Positions 50,010 through 63,144 of a DNA stretch of 64,000 bases are shown here, piece after piece. The stretch is from the NCBI GenBank assembly GCA_020137815.1, contig CM035360.1:4774001-4838000 (forward strand). The letters are read 5' to 3'. The notes beneath the pieces were generated by a model. It was given only the letters and a program-made list of their open reading frames with translations. It did not search any database and was not told where the DNA came from. Each line of letters begins with the position of its first letter. Position 1 is the first letter of the stretch. Position numbers and translations under genes: made by a program. Source of the DNA: Hormiphora californensis. Taxonomy: Eukaryota; Animalia; Ctenophora.

Positions 50010-53000
50010 GCTCGATCTCTCCCTGTCTCTCTTTGATCCTAATTGGGTAAATTACTATGAAAATCCCAATCGGGATCAAGAGCAGCGTGAACAATGTCAC
50101 ATACACGTGTGAGCAGTTAATCGTTTCTGTCACGGTTGTGAGCAGTGTATTAATCGTTTCTCAGAATGAATATACACGTGTTCAATCGTGACAGAAACGG
50201 TTTCTGTCACGGTTGAACACGTGTATATTCAGGGTAACCATGACGACCATGAGTTCTATTTAGCGGTGTGCTACATGAATCATGATATGATCACAGCCCG
50301 ATTATCCATATTTCCGCCAAACCATCACCCAACCTTCTCCAAATTGTACGTGTAGAATGAGTAGATATATATCGAGTGAACAAAGAGTGAACAATGACAT
50401 GAATAAGTGAACAGTTCGAACTGTAACGAGCTTTGAATAATGCGTGAGTCTATACATACCGGATGTATCGATGGCTCCATCACTTCCCCAATTCTTCTCA
50501 TCCAATGGTCGCGCTTTCCGTCGCTTGGCAACCGCCCTGAAGAACAATTGGTTACCAAGGGGGTTCAGAAACAATTGGTTACCACGGTAACAGGGAACAT
50601 TTCAAGATCTACCTAAGGTTGGTCAAGGCTGACAGGGAGGAACGTCTGGTCATGCTAAATCCTCAGAGCACACATTACACACAGTACGTGGGGGTCATTA
50701 TAACTATATAGAACACGCACACGCATACATGCAGTCAAAGTAGAACAATTACCAATCAAAGCTAAAACCAGTGCATGGAACATGGCCAGAACTACTCTCG
50801 AGATGCCGAATTAATTTGGAAATTATAATATATCGGCACGGGCACTGAGAAGTGAGAAAAAAGAAATGTACATGCGAAAGAGTATAGGGAAATAAAATAC
50901 TCGAAGAAAAATAGTAAAACAGTTATAGTACATACCGTAATCTGGGGTAACTTTGTTTTGCAGGGTAACTTTGGACACTTTCAAAATTTGGCTTTAGCCC
51001 AAAATTACCAACAGATAACGACAGATTTGGCATAATTTTGGGGTGTACAAGTAATTGACCTACAAATGTCTAACTAACGGTACAATTATTTTTTTCAATT
51101 CTATGCTAATTAGCTCCTAATTAGGGGCAAACATAATTGATGTCAAAATCGCTTAAAATGTTCAAATCAAAATGGGTACCATAGATTTGACCGGGCTAAT
51201 GACCGAATCAAGTTTGCTCCATAGAGTGGAAGGGTTTCGATCAAATAATTCGGGGCACCATTTTTCAAACCCGATCAATTACTTTAATTGAGACTAATAG
51301 GGGTGGCAAATGTTACCCCACCATTTTTTGAATTTTGGGGTAACTTTGGACGGGGTGCCAAAGTTACCCCACACTACAGGTTTGGAATTTTTGATGTCTG
51401 TAGAGTTGCCTTAGACCCTCTCTGAATTGTTTAGGGCCATATAACCTAGATTCAGCCCACTCCACGCCCATTTCCATCCATCTATTCGATAGGTTAGTGA
51501 AAAAAAACTACGATTTGAACTATTTTATGGAGCTAAATCACAGAAATCCGGCCTGAAACCCATCAAACTTCAATAATTTGGGGTTCCTCATCCATCCTGT
51601 AGCTTGTTAGATGGTATTGGATCTCTAGGCGAGTGTTCTAGTTCTTGTAGACAATCTATGCAGGAGCACAGGTACCAAAACTCCTTTATTTAGCCAGTAC
51701 CCATTATAAGTAGACCACTTCCTGTCTATCCAATTCAGCAAAAAGAACTATAGGGCCAATACCATCTACCAAAGTACAGGATGGATGAGGGACCCCAAAT
51801 TACTGAAGTTTGATGGGTTTCAGGTCGGATGTGGCAACCTCTAAATCAAGTCCGATTGAGCTGAAATTTTATTTGGTGGCTAGTTTCATCATTCCTCACA
51901 CCCAAAAAAGTTGAGCCGACATCAACAAATTTTTTTTAAATCATGGGGCGTTTGGCTAACCCTATTGTTCTTTTTTAATTTATTGACCCATTTAAACCCC
52001 ATTTAAACATTTAAGGTTCATTTATTTATCATTGCAAAATGTTCGGATTTATGTTTGTTCCAATATTACTATCGTGGGGTAACTTTGGACGGGTGTCCAA
52101 AGTTACCCCACCCTCATTCCAAAGTTACCCCATGCCCTAAAACCCCACTTACACTAAAATACACGCTAATTAATGTAATTAAATGAGAGGGGACCAAAAA
52201 TTTCACTAGTTATATCTGGTGTACTAGGTCTGGAACGGGATTATTTGGTTCAAAAATTTTCGAGTGTGGTTCTGGCAAGGAGTTATTTTAGGAGAATGCT
52301 AAAAAGTGGTACAAAGTTACCCCAACTTACGGTAGTAATCATTAATATTGAGAGGGTAGGACAATAAGCTAATCTAAGAATAGTAGCAAAACAGAAGAGG
52401 AAGGAGATAGTGGATTGGGGCATATTGGATTGATTGGAGCTGCTGATCCATCCAATCTTCATATTACAATACAAAAACAAAATCTCCGGTACTGTTATAC
52501 ACTTCAAGTTATATATAGGTAATACGGGATATCGAGCTGCTACACAATCGTGTGAATTAGAAGCGTTGCAACACGCATCCTTCAACCGATACAATTTAGA
52601 ATGGTGCTTGTCGTCAGAGGGGAGTGACACGATCTGAATTTAGAAACACAAAACTAGTAGCTCCTTTCCCTCCCTTTTATTTTCTCTCTCTTTCTCTCTC
52701 TCTCTCTCCCTCTCTCTCTCTCTATCTCTCCCTCCCTCTCTCTCGGCCAATGACATATTCCTTCAATATTCATTCTGGAATTAATTATATATTATAGCAG
52801 CAAACTGTTAGGCAATAGTTTCAACTCAGCTAATACAGCTGTACTGCAAGTATATGCGTAGAAACCTATCAAACGAAGGATGTGTGTTTGTTGGTAAAGA
52901 CCTGATAATCAAATTGAATATTCCATGATACTATCGATAATATTAACAAGTCGTACTGACAGAAAGGGATACACTAGCTGTCTACTATTGAATACATAAC

Positions 53001-54883
53001 ATACAGAGACAAACTCATAGATGAGATAGAGATCTCTATCTCATCTATGAGTTTGTCTCTAGAGATAGGGAGACAGTTTCATAACAACTGTAGTATGTTA
53101 TGTAATAAGTCATAACATCATTTTAATTTAAACTATAATTAGACTATAATTAGACTTACAAACCTAAACAATTTCATAGTTTACTATAGCTAAGTGATTT
53201 TATAAGGAAGATATTGTCTAACTGCCGCTGAAAACAGTGGATATATAACCATCTCGAATAAGAATGGGATCAGAGATATCATAAGATCTACTTTTTATCG
53301 TACAGAACCCCAGAAATACTAGCTGACAGATAATACCCATGTGTTCACGTGGTAACTAATATATCAGGGGCCTAATAACTAATATATCAGGGGCCTATAT
53401 AGCAGCTTGGAATTGTTGCTTCACATGCACCGTCACAACTGACAACACCCCATACAATATCTTACTCAAGAAAGCTCTAATTTGACCTCTGATGTCGAAA
53501 GAAGCTCACCATTATCATTCATCAAGCTAAAAGACACCTTTTAAAATCAGTTCATTAAGGTGTGACAAGCAATTTAAAGCATTTCAAAATGGTTTCATTC
53601 TGTGATATTATATTCACCTGAAAAATAGGCTACTTCAATTCTTGTCAATGACAAGTTAAAGCAAATGGCAGAAAATTTCGAGGAAATATGTTTCACGTAA
53701 ACCGTATACGGTCAAACCTTGGTTTGTTCAAACCCGAGGAGAGAGCAGCAGGGCAAGTCAAATATCGATTTACTGGACTCTTTGGGGGAATGATTATATA
53801 TTTAAATTCTGGGGAAATATCCACCAGTAAACTGAAGTTCTGGTAAATTGACGTTCTGGTAAATCGAGGTTCTGGTAAATTGAAGTTTTGGTAAATCGAG
53901 GTTCCACTAAATCGAGGTTTGACTGTATACCACGTGACTAACAAAATAAAAAGCTAACAGAATATTAAACGAACAGTGTCTATCACGATGACAGCTATCC
54001 TCTCGTGTGATACTCATAGGACAGATTTGAAGATGATTGCACTCTCATATTACATGTGTCCTGATCGCGTATATTCATTCCTAGAAACCGTATATTATAT
54101 CTCTTATAGCTCGCACGTCATGATCTGTTTAAAAGACAGATCTGTCAAAGAAATTGGCGTGAACTGCAGGGAACTGCTACAATCAAATGGCATATGGTGA
54201 TCGTGATGACGCAGTATCCCCAGCTGGAAACTCTCCAGCTGGTCCCTGGTTTGTGACGGTAAATAATTCAACGCCTATAGTCGAAACAAAATAACGAATT
54301 GCTCCGGGCATGGAGCTGTTGAATCCGTACAAGATTCATCAATTGTGCTGACTAATAGATGTAACATCCTAGATAGAAGCCATGACAAGGAACGAGAGAG
54401 AGGAACATCGATCATTATTCATTAAAGGAACGACGCGGGTGCCGCACGCCACGTGGTACTAGAAAGATACAATGACAGGTACATGACAATAGAGCTAGTA
54501 GATCAGAGAGATCTCTCTATCACTTTTTATAGAGACCTGTGTACTGCAGCCATTATCAATCGTATCTCTTGTCTTCATCTCTCTCTCTCTCACTCTCTCT
54601 AAATCGGGGGTACGAAAAATCGAGACAGGTGAGAGCAGGGGGAGAAAAATTGTTATCTGTATCATCATGTGTATAACAGTGTTGACTGTTGAGTGTAGGC
54701 TGTAGCCATGTGGCATAAAGAGCTTGAAGATAGAGAGATGGAGATAGATAGAGAGAGAAAGAGTGAGAGAGGCAGAGAGAGAGATATAAAGATCAGATAG
54801 ATAAAAACGATAGGGTGGGAAAGAAGAGGGAGAGCTGTCATGAGACGGCATTCTGTTATAGAGATAGAGAGAGATGGAGGGAC

Positions 54884-54914
<31 letters not shown>

Positions 54915-54948
54915 TCAGAGAGAGAGAGAGAGAAGAGAAAGACAGTAA

Positions 54949-54983
<35 letters not shown>

Positions 54984-57900
54984 GAAGAGAGAAAGAGAGA
55001 AGATCTCTATATGAGAGAGATGAGAGCTCTCTCTCGCCTCCCTCTCTAATCTCCCCCCCCCTCCACCCTCTCTAAGATCTCCTAGAGAGAGAATAAGAGA
55101 TGTATAATTTGTTAACTGCTCTAAAATATGTCTCTCAACAGGCAACATTAACCACAAACTAACCAACATATATTGGTTACACACTGACTAGGAGACATTC
55201 GCATTATCCAAAATATCATAATCGATAATCGATAATTAACTATAATTAATTAAATAACCAGTCATGTATACATAGTGCATGATCATTAGGGTGTGCTAAG
55301 TGAAAATTTTGTCGACTTGGCCAATAGTTTAGGGGTAGATATGAAACTATGGACAATTGTCTACTAAATCCTGAAAACGGAATCGGGGTAGTGTATGTCA
55401 ATTACGTGGGCCAGGCGATTAAAAAAGTTTACTTTTTTACCGAAAAAAGGAAAATATGTGTGTTTTACACCAGTGTTTGGCATGTTCTTTATATCAACTT
55501 TTTATAGACAGGGTCGTGTTCAGCGGTTTGATACCGATCAGAATGGATGTGTATCATGAAAGTTAGCCAAAGTTCATTTTTGACCTGAAAATGTTCATTT
55601 TGGACCAAAAATGTTCATTTTTGACTAAAAATGTCCATTTTGGTCATTTTCTTCAATTTTGAGAGCTTTTTCATGAACAGGATCGTGTTTAGCAGGTCAA
55701 AATTAGTCGGTTACAGCCGGAATTTGCATTCCGACAAATAAAATCTCAAAAAGTTAAAATTCGTCTCCACTAATACAGTCGGACCCCGATTTAACGGCCC
55801 CCGATTTAGCGGCACCCCGATTTAACGGCAGCATAATCTTCCCCCGATATAGAAAATCAACAGTATTTGACCCCGATTTAGCGGACACCCCGATTTAACG
55901 GACAAAACCCTTTCCCCTGAGGGTGCCGTTAAATCGGGGTCCGACTGTACTGCAAAGTAGGAAAATGTGCAAGAAAAAAAGATGAAACAAAAAAATTTTT
56001 CATTGTAAAATGGAGTTCTGAAGGTGCAGACTGGAAATAATGGTTTTACTGAGTCTCATGAGGCGATTCATATGTGTGGTTTTTTCGAAATAACGCCCCA
56101 AAAAACATTTTTTGATATGAATATGCCCATATATAGGCATACATCGGCCCACGTAATTGGGCCAGGGTAGGACTAAAATTTTTTTACCAAATGTTTTAGA
56201 ATGATCGTAGGAACTCATTCTAGGGGTAAACTATGTGAAAATTGGATTTGATTTATGAGTTGGGAAAAATAGCACACCCTAATGATCATGCCTTGTGTAA
56301 GTGAATTTTCAGTGCCGGTGATATCTCAAGCGATGGAATTGGATGTGGAGCTCTCATGGGCACTCTCAGATGAAGCTTTCTACTGCTACTACATACTGCT
56401 GTTGGCATTATTCCCATGTGGCCGCTGGGAGAGCTCTCTGTTATTATTATCATGATTATGATATTATTATGATTATTATTACACAATGAATAATCGAGGT
56501 TATATTGGTTTTACCGGTTTACCCATTTCAAATTCAATCAATTCTTAGAGCTTTTCTAATTGGTCTAAAGTACAAATACCCAGTACATGTTCATACGTCA
56601 ACTACAAAATACACAGCATATAATGTTTCAAGATATAACTACTACATGGCCAGATGAACTCTGAGAGAATTTGGCCAATTAAACATGGCTGCTACTGTGA
56701 ATTACTTGACTAGCGCAGCATGATGTAGCAACTTATGGAAGAATAGAGAGGGGTATGTTCCCGTTGTTATGAATGCAAGACATAATGGTGTCACTGCAGA
56801 TCATTATACACAAAGGAAGTAAGCAACACAGGAACTAAGGGATCTATACTAATTTAAGTAAGGGATCTATAATACTAAGCTAAACGGTAAACGATCTAAT
56901 ATTATACTGAATTATCTATCTGGATATGGTATATGCGATCAGGAAAATGAGAGGTTTCAGAGAGAGCAATATTCCAGCTGCCATACAGTCATGGTCGGCA
57001 CTATGGCGACTCAAGTACTGTAGTATTTAGTATTTAGTCATAGCGGATATATGTAATGAGAGGAAGGGAAGAGAGCTTCAAATTTCCTCTCAAGAATAAA
57101 TAAGATCAGGGGGAATGGTGAAGTAAATTGGAATATTGAGAATTTCTTCGGCAGGTTGTACGAGGAAAATATAAGTACAGTCGGACCCCGATTTACCGGG
57201 CCCCGATTTACCGGAACCCCGATTTACCGGGAGGATAAACTTCCCCCAATATAGAAAATTGACATTATTTGACCCCGATATACCGGGCACCCCGATTTAC
57301 CAGGCAAAACTCTTTCCCCCGACCATCCCGGTAAATCGGGGTCCGACTGTAGCTGTAAATGTAAAGATAGTTTATACGCAGGTAGATCTACAGAATTGAA
57401 ACTTATGGAAAACATATCTGATCTCTCGACAAACCACTACCGCAGCTTCAGACAACTCATTATAAAGCACATGTTACTGGATTTAGCCTTGTTACTGCGG
57501 TGGTTAGTCATATAATGAACAAATGCTGAGAACAGAGAGACGGACCGGGATGCGGACGGGGAGGGGGGGGGGGGGGCTGGCAACTCGAGAAATAAGAACT
57601 GTTGCCAGAGTAACGAAGAAGTGATAACCAGGTGGTATAGGTGTTATAACAGAGTTCCAATAATACAACATCGATATTAGGACAGACAACTAAACTTTAG
57701 CCAGGGGAATACAAAAGTACGTGACATTGCTATCTAAGCTGCAACATGTAATACACACTTCTGGGTTATAATAGGTGTGAGATACTTTAGGGAAGCCACT
57801 GCACGTGTTTGTAAATTGTACACGTGTTACTTTGTATTACTGCAGTTGTGGTGGCTCAGTTTGAGAGCTGCCATTATAACAAGCTCCATATACCACAGTA

Positions 57901-58859
57901 ATGATTGGAGCGAAACTTGTGGCTGGAGGAAGGAATCAAATAGAAACCAGATGTACACACGGACCTCGCTCCTACAGACAAGGTCATTCGATCACAGGAA
58001 CTCCAATCGTCACGCTCCTCTCTTTCTATCTTTCTCTCCCTCTCTCTCTTTCTATCTTTCTCTCCCTCTCTCTCTCTCTCCCTCTCTCTCTTTCTCTCCC
58101 TCTCTCTACCTCATATAATATTCGGAACCATATATATATCGAGTTTCCTCGGTAGATATTATGCAACAAATCTAGCGAGAAATTGACTCGTGTCTTAATG
58201 CAATGTGTCCAGGTCGATTTAAAACTGTTCACGTCGAGAAGCATTCAGCGTTTCAAGGTGAGAACAATTAACCACTTAAATATGAAATCAAATAGTTTTA
58301 ACCAAGTATGGAAATGAGTTAAGTACTTTTTCTAAAATAGCAAATTTAACAAACTAAATAGTATAATATGTTTAAAACAAGAAGACAACTAACATTTCAC
58401 CATGACAACTAACATTTCACCATGACAACTAACAAATCACCGTGACAACTAACAAATCACCATGACAACTAACAAATCACCATGACAACTAACAAATCAC
58501 CATGACAACTAACATTTCACCATGACAACTAACAAATCATCATGACAACTAACAATTCACCATGACAACTGACAATTCACCATGACAACTTACTCCTGCA
58601 ACATCCCCTGAACCTTCTCCAAAGCTTGATGTCCAACCCTCCGGGCTGTTGGTGGAATGTCCATGTGCATCATATCTTGCAGAACAAAAATGAACAAATA
58701 TGAACAAATATGAACAAATATGAACAAATATGAACAATTATAATGAACAATTATAAACAACAAAAACAGGATGATATATTCAGATCGTGCTTGTGACAGA
58801 TCGCAGCAGACGTCAATATGTTATACCAGGAAATAAAAAGTGAGGGGCACGCACACACA

Positions 58860-58941
<82 letters not shown>

Positions 58942-59217
58942 GAGAGTGAGAGAGATAAAGGTGGATAAATGGAGAGAGAAATAGAGGGATAATGTATGTG
59001 AAGAAGTTAGAGCTGTCATGGTACATGCACTCTGTGATGGTTGTGTTTATAAAGGAGCAAGAGGGTTGGAGGAAATGCAAGCACTTCCCGGCTCTTGTGT
59101 TGAAGTTGTTTTACGAAACGTCGCGTGGTGGGTTACTATGGTTACTGGGTTACTAGGTTACTAGGTTAGCATCAGTTCAACATCAAAATTAAAACAAGCG
59201 TTCACTTTACCTTCCAT
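46391..59217 (-). CDS. Orphan spliced gene (Ser/Thr-rich, probably disordered); 3' end unresolved
   Basis: Phase-consistent exons 59211-59217, 58594-58675, 50460-50536, 47407-47433, 47031-47084, 46391-46547 give MEDMMHMDIPPTARRVGHQALEKVQGMLQEAVAKRRKARPLDEKNWGSDGAIDTSGYNMSAGSSGFDEASVSTQASVFFRRASSGVIELAETISEVV...VPTIIR. Confidence 0.5.
50935..52332. mobile_element. 1.4-kb non-autonomous pogo/Tc1-type element, TA TSD
   Basis: TA|CCGTAATCTGGGGTAACTTTG...CAAAGTTACCCCAACTTACGG|TA, many internal GGGGTAACTTTG motifs in both orientations, and an internal inverted repeat at ~51550-51625 / 51755-51830. Confidence 0.85.
55287..56281. mobile_element. hAT-like non-autonomous element with 8-bp TSD ATGATCAT
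   Basis: ATGATCAT|TAGGGTGTGCTA...TAGCACACCCTA|ATGATCAT. Confidence 0.85.
55776..55947. mobile_element. 172-bp CAGTCGG MITE, variant subfamily, nested in the hAT-like element
   Basis: TA TSD. Subrepeats read GATTTA(A/G)CGG instead of GATTTACCGG. Confidence 0.9.
57178..57349. mobile_element. 172-bp CAGTCGG MITE
   Basis: TA TSD, TIRs and subrepeats. Confidence 0.9.
58383..58590. repeat. 20-bp minisatellite (CACCATGACAACTAACAAAT/TT) x ~10 abutting a splice donor
   Basis: Direct reading. A 10-bp (ATGAACAAAT)n array flanks the other side of the same exon at 58681-58750. Confidence 0.92.
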
Positions 59218-59845
59218 GCAATATATCTCTCTTTAACAAAGATAAATTGAATATCTTTGATATGGAGAAAGGGTCGAACAAGGCAAGCAATATTATATAT
59301 GTAACCAGTATAACCACATCACATATTTCAAGCCCACACACAAACTCGCACATTTTCAAACCCGTGAACATTGAACGTACCATCACCATATGCACACACA
59401 TATCTAACTACACGCACACTCACAGATGAGCCAGAGAGTGAGGGCCGGGGGATGAGGAACGCTTAAACCGGGGACTGTTCGGGGCACTCAGCATTACCCT
59501 AGTGATCAAAAATAATAGGGGAGGGGTAGTATGTATAGGGGGGCACTAAACATTACCCTAGTGATCAATAATAGGGGAGGGGTATAGGCGGGGGTTGGTT
59601 ACGAAGTCACCCCTTTTATTGCATACATGAGCCTCCATATGAGCTATTATAACGGAGGAGTAATTTCATTACCAAAGGCGGCGGGGGGGGGGGGGGGCAC
59701 TAAACATTAGTACCAGTTACATTTGTTGTCGGGCCGGTATAAATAGGGATTTGTAACATACATGTCAAGCTAAATTTATCAATAAAACAACAATTGCATC
59801 ACCTACTTTTTATAAACTCCAGAGATAAGATTCCCAGTTTTCTTT

Positions 59846-60970
59846 TCAGGTGTTGTTCTGTGTTCCTCTGTACTTTCTCCTGTACTTGATTTGGGGAGGA
59901 GGTACACTTCCCTTTAATACATCTTGCTCCTGGATGTGAATATGTGTTAGAAATGTGTTAGAAATCTAAGTGTGTGTTAGAATAGTGAAAATCTTGGACC
60001 GAATCTTTTCTTTTTTTCTTGGGCCATGTTGAAAATATTAAAGTATATTATGTATACTGGGAAATAGTGGGTAGAATGGTACCTAGTTGAATTATTTATG
60101 AGTGCAAGTGTGCCTGTGTACCCGAATTCGACGTTTCTTTTCCTCAAGTTGGCGCAGCTTTTTCTGCAAGTTTCTGATTATCTTTTGTGTCTTGATATTA
60201 CTGAAATAGTAAGGGATTATGTAACACATATCAGAAACATACCTTTAAAAAGTATAACACACAGACTTAAAAAAGTAATAAAACACAGACAGAGAACCAA
60301 ATTAATTAACTAATTAAATCAACAAACTAATTAAATGAACAAATCCTGTACCTATCGTTGTATGACTGTACTGCGGTACTGGGGATGTTGGGGTCTGAGT
60401 TCGCATTGTTCAGCTCATTGAGAAACTGTTTTGTTAACTCTGAAAATAGGGAGTATGTGTCATGGATCAGGGATGATACGATAAACTAAGTTATACAATA
60501 TAGCTTGGCAACTTAAAGTCGGATTTTTTGAAGTTGTCACCCCCCTTTTCGTGCGCGGAATGTTTTTGCGCATCACATCACATGTTAACGTGTGGTGTGC
60601 GCGTCAAAATTGATAAATTTCACATGCGCGGTCATTTTAGGGTGACAACTTCAAAAAATCCGACTTTAATATTAGTCCATAACATTTCCTTTAGAATTGT
60701 ATCCAAACCTTCAAATTTATTTTTTGGACTTTGCTCAAATGCATTTTTTATCCCCTAGAGAATGAATTTTAGGTCACTTATTATAGGGCCCTTGCAGTCA
60801 GCGTGTAGGCCATTCAGTTTCTAAAATTTTTCTCCGCCATTGTGTATTTTTAATTTTTTTTCCCAAATTGTACCTCCGCCAGCGGGTGAAGATGGAGTAA
60901 TGGGAGAGATGTATCCTAGATAGGCGGGCAGGGATCGTTGCTTCAACAATGGTTTCATGTTATTTAGCAT
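59846..60970 (-). CDS. Small 4-exon orphan protein (115 aa if the ATG at 60970 is the start) with a basic coiled coil
   Basis: Exons 60874-60970, 60352-60439, 60122-60200, 59846-59929 in phase: MLNNMKPLLKQRSLPAYLG...ELTKQFLNELNN...QKIIRNLQKKLRQLEEKKRRIREQDVLKGSVPPPQIKYRRKYRGTQNNT*. Confidence 0.65.
60517..60665. mobile_element. 149-bp MITE with TTAA TSD and AG..CT termini (Kolobok-like)
   Basis: TTAA|AGTCGGATTTTTTGAAGTTGTCACCC...GGGTGACAACTTCAAAAAATCCGACT|TTAA. Confidence 0.8.
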
Positions 60971-61225
60971 CTAAAGAATAGCGTGACGTATAGATCTGGC
61001 GGGATAGAAGGCTGGGAAATACTGATTTAGGTACCGAAACTAACGATATACGATACCATGACAACAAACCAAACGGATCAAAGAAATTGGGTGTGGTGGA
61101 CTGTATTTTATATGCAGAGAGATTTACAATATATTATGTACATATACTACATATATTGATCGTAGGGAGGGATCTCAAGCTTGTGAGGGTCAACAGATAA
61201 AAGGGTTGTGGTTGAAATCTAACTA

Positions 61226-61397
61226 CAGTCGGACTCCGATTTACCGGGCCCCGATTTACCGGAACCCCGATTTACCGGGAGGATAAACTTCCCCCGATAT
61301 AGGAAATTAACGGTATTTGACCCCGATATACCGGGCACCCCGATTTACCGGGCAAAACCCTTTCCCCCGAGCATCCCGGTAAATCGGGGTCCGACTG
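61226..61397. mobile_element. 172-bp CAGTCGG MITE
   Basis: TA TSD, TIRs and subrepeats; close to the 57178 copy. Confidence 0.9.
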
Positions 61398-63078
61398 TAT
61401 ATAAAGCTTTGCAACTTTGTAACTAAATATAACGCTGTGCAGAGAATGAGATGCGTTACAAGTTTTTATCAAGATGATTGATGAGTTCCTTACCATTTGT
61501 AAACATACAAATATTAGTTATTCATCTAAGATTAAAGGCTTCATTATTTGATATAAGATATTTATCAAAACAATGTGATATTGCATGATTATATCGCTGA
61601 TGGTCCTTGTCCCGGAGAGTGCTCTACTCACGGTTGCGAGGAGCTATTAACAAGTAAAACAAGGAAGTTTTAGTTCAACAGTTTACACATGTTTCAATAC
61701 AAATTGTATTTCATCAGAAATAGGTTCTGATGAAATACAATTTGGAATTGGTGTGAATAAGGTGTAAAAACACTGAGGGGACACAGTTCTTACTTATATC
61801 CCGCTACCCCTATATCTGCACGCTCCCGCGGAAGCAGAGTGCATATTTCACCGTGCAAATCGTCGCGCGGAGCGGGAGTGATATGTGCACTCGCGGTATA
61901 TATATGTAGTTATACATAGCTATAATAAAGAAGCTTCTGGAATTAGTCTTATTTTTAAGAGTACCATATATCGCTGCCATTATTCAAGCAAGTATACACA
62001 TACATCAATATATGAGCAGAGAAATACCCACTATACAATGCAATCATGCTGCTGGAAATGCATTCTAAATTGCAGTGATTATATAAATTGCAGCGGTGCA
62101 ATCACGAGCAACTTCACTGCGATGCACCCCCTCATTTACACATGAAAGGATCAGTGCTAACTCGCATTAATTAGATGACGTTCAACTGAAACTATAAAAT
62201 AAACAGATGCTGGTCAAAGCATATTGTGCAGCTGTATTGTTTAGAGATGGTGCAATATATCCAAAATTTGATTGATTTTGGGTTTTGATTTTCGATATAT
62301 TATGTACACTATGGTAGGATGTAAACACGGCAATAATACAGATCTGGCAGCAGTACGGAAATTGTCTTAATTTACCAATTTCTTTACTAACCATACTAAT
62401 TAACGATCAAGATAGCGGTGTGATATTTCTATATACGTCAACAGTGCAGCTCTATGTTTGATATAGTCAACTGCTCAAATTATCAAAGCGATAAAAGCTT
62501 AGACAGGCAGCTAGCCGACTGTACGTGTGGAGAAGTTGCTGCAACGGAGGATGAATATTGAATGTCGAGATCGAGTGTATAATAGATGTCCTAATTGGGG
62601 GGGGGGGCTAATCTGCAGTACATAATATATGTAAAGGAAGCAATGATCATATCGTGTGTGTAGCAGCAGGTAACATGTGAAGGGTAAAGAAGGCGGGGAC
62701 AATGTTCATAACAAAGGGAGTTCATAAGGCAGGCCATCAAAAGAAAGAGGAGGAGGGAGCATTCCTAAGAACCAGCCCCCTGTCGATAGGGCATTTAAAA
62801 GTAGAACGGGAGTAGAACCCACTAAACATGTACACCATGACAATGTACTATAGCAGGTTACAAGCAGCACTTTTAGGCACAAGGAACATACTATAATGAG
62901 TGGAAACCTCAGACCACAAACACGTTCTTCGGAAAACCCAATTATGCATTCTGAATGAAGATAAACTAATGCTAGAGATCCCCGAAAGAACAGTATTCCT
63001 GAAAAATTCTGTTAAGGAGTGGTCGTATAATGATTGAGTGAGTAGAGAGAGAGAGAGAGAGAGAGAAAATAAAGCGAA

Positions 63079-63144
<66 letters not shown>

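Noticed and set aside
58383-58590. CRISPR-like array
   Set aside because: Head-to-tail 20-bp units without unique spacers in a eukaryotic intron; this is a minisatellite.
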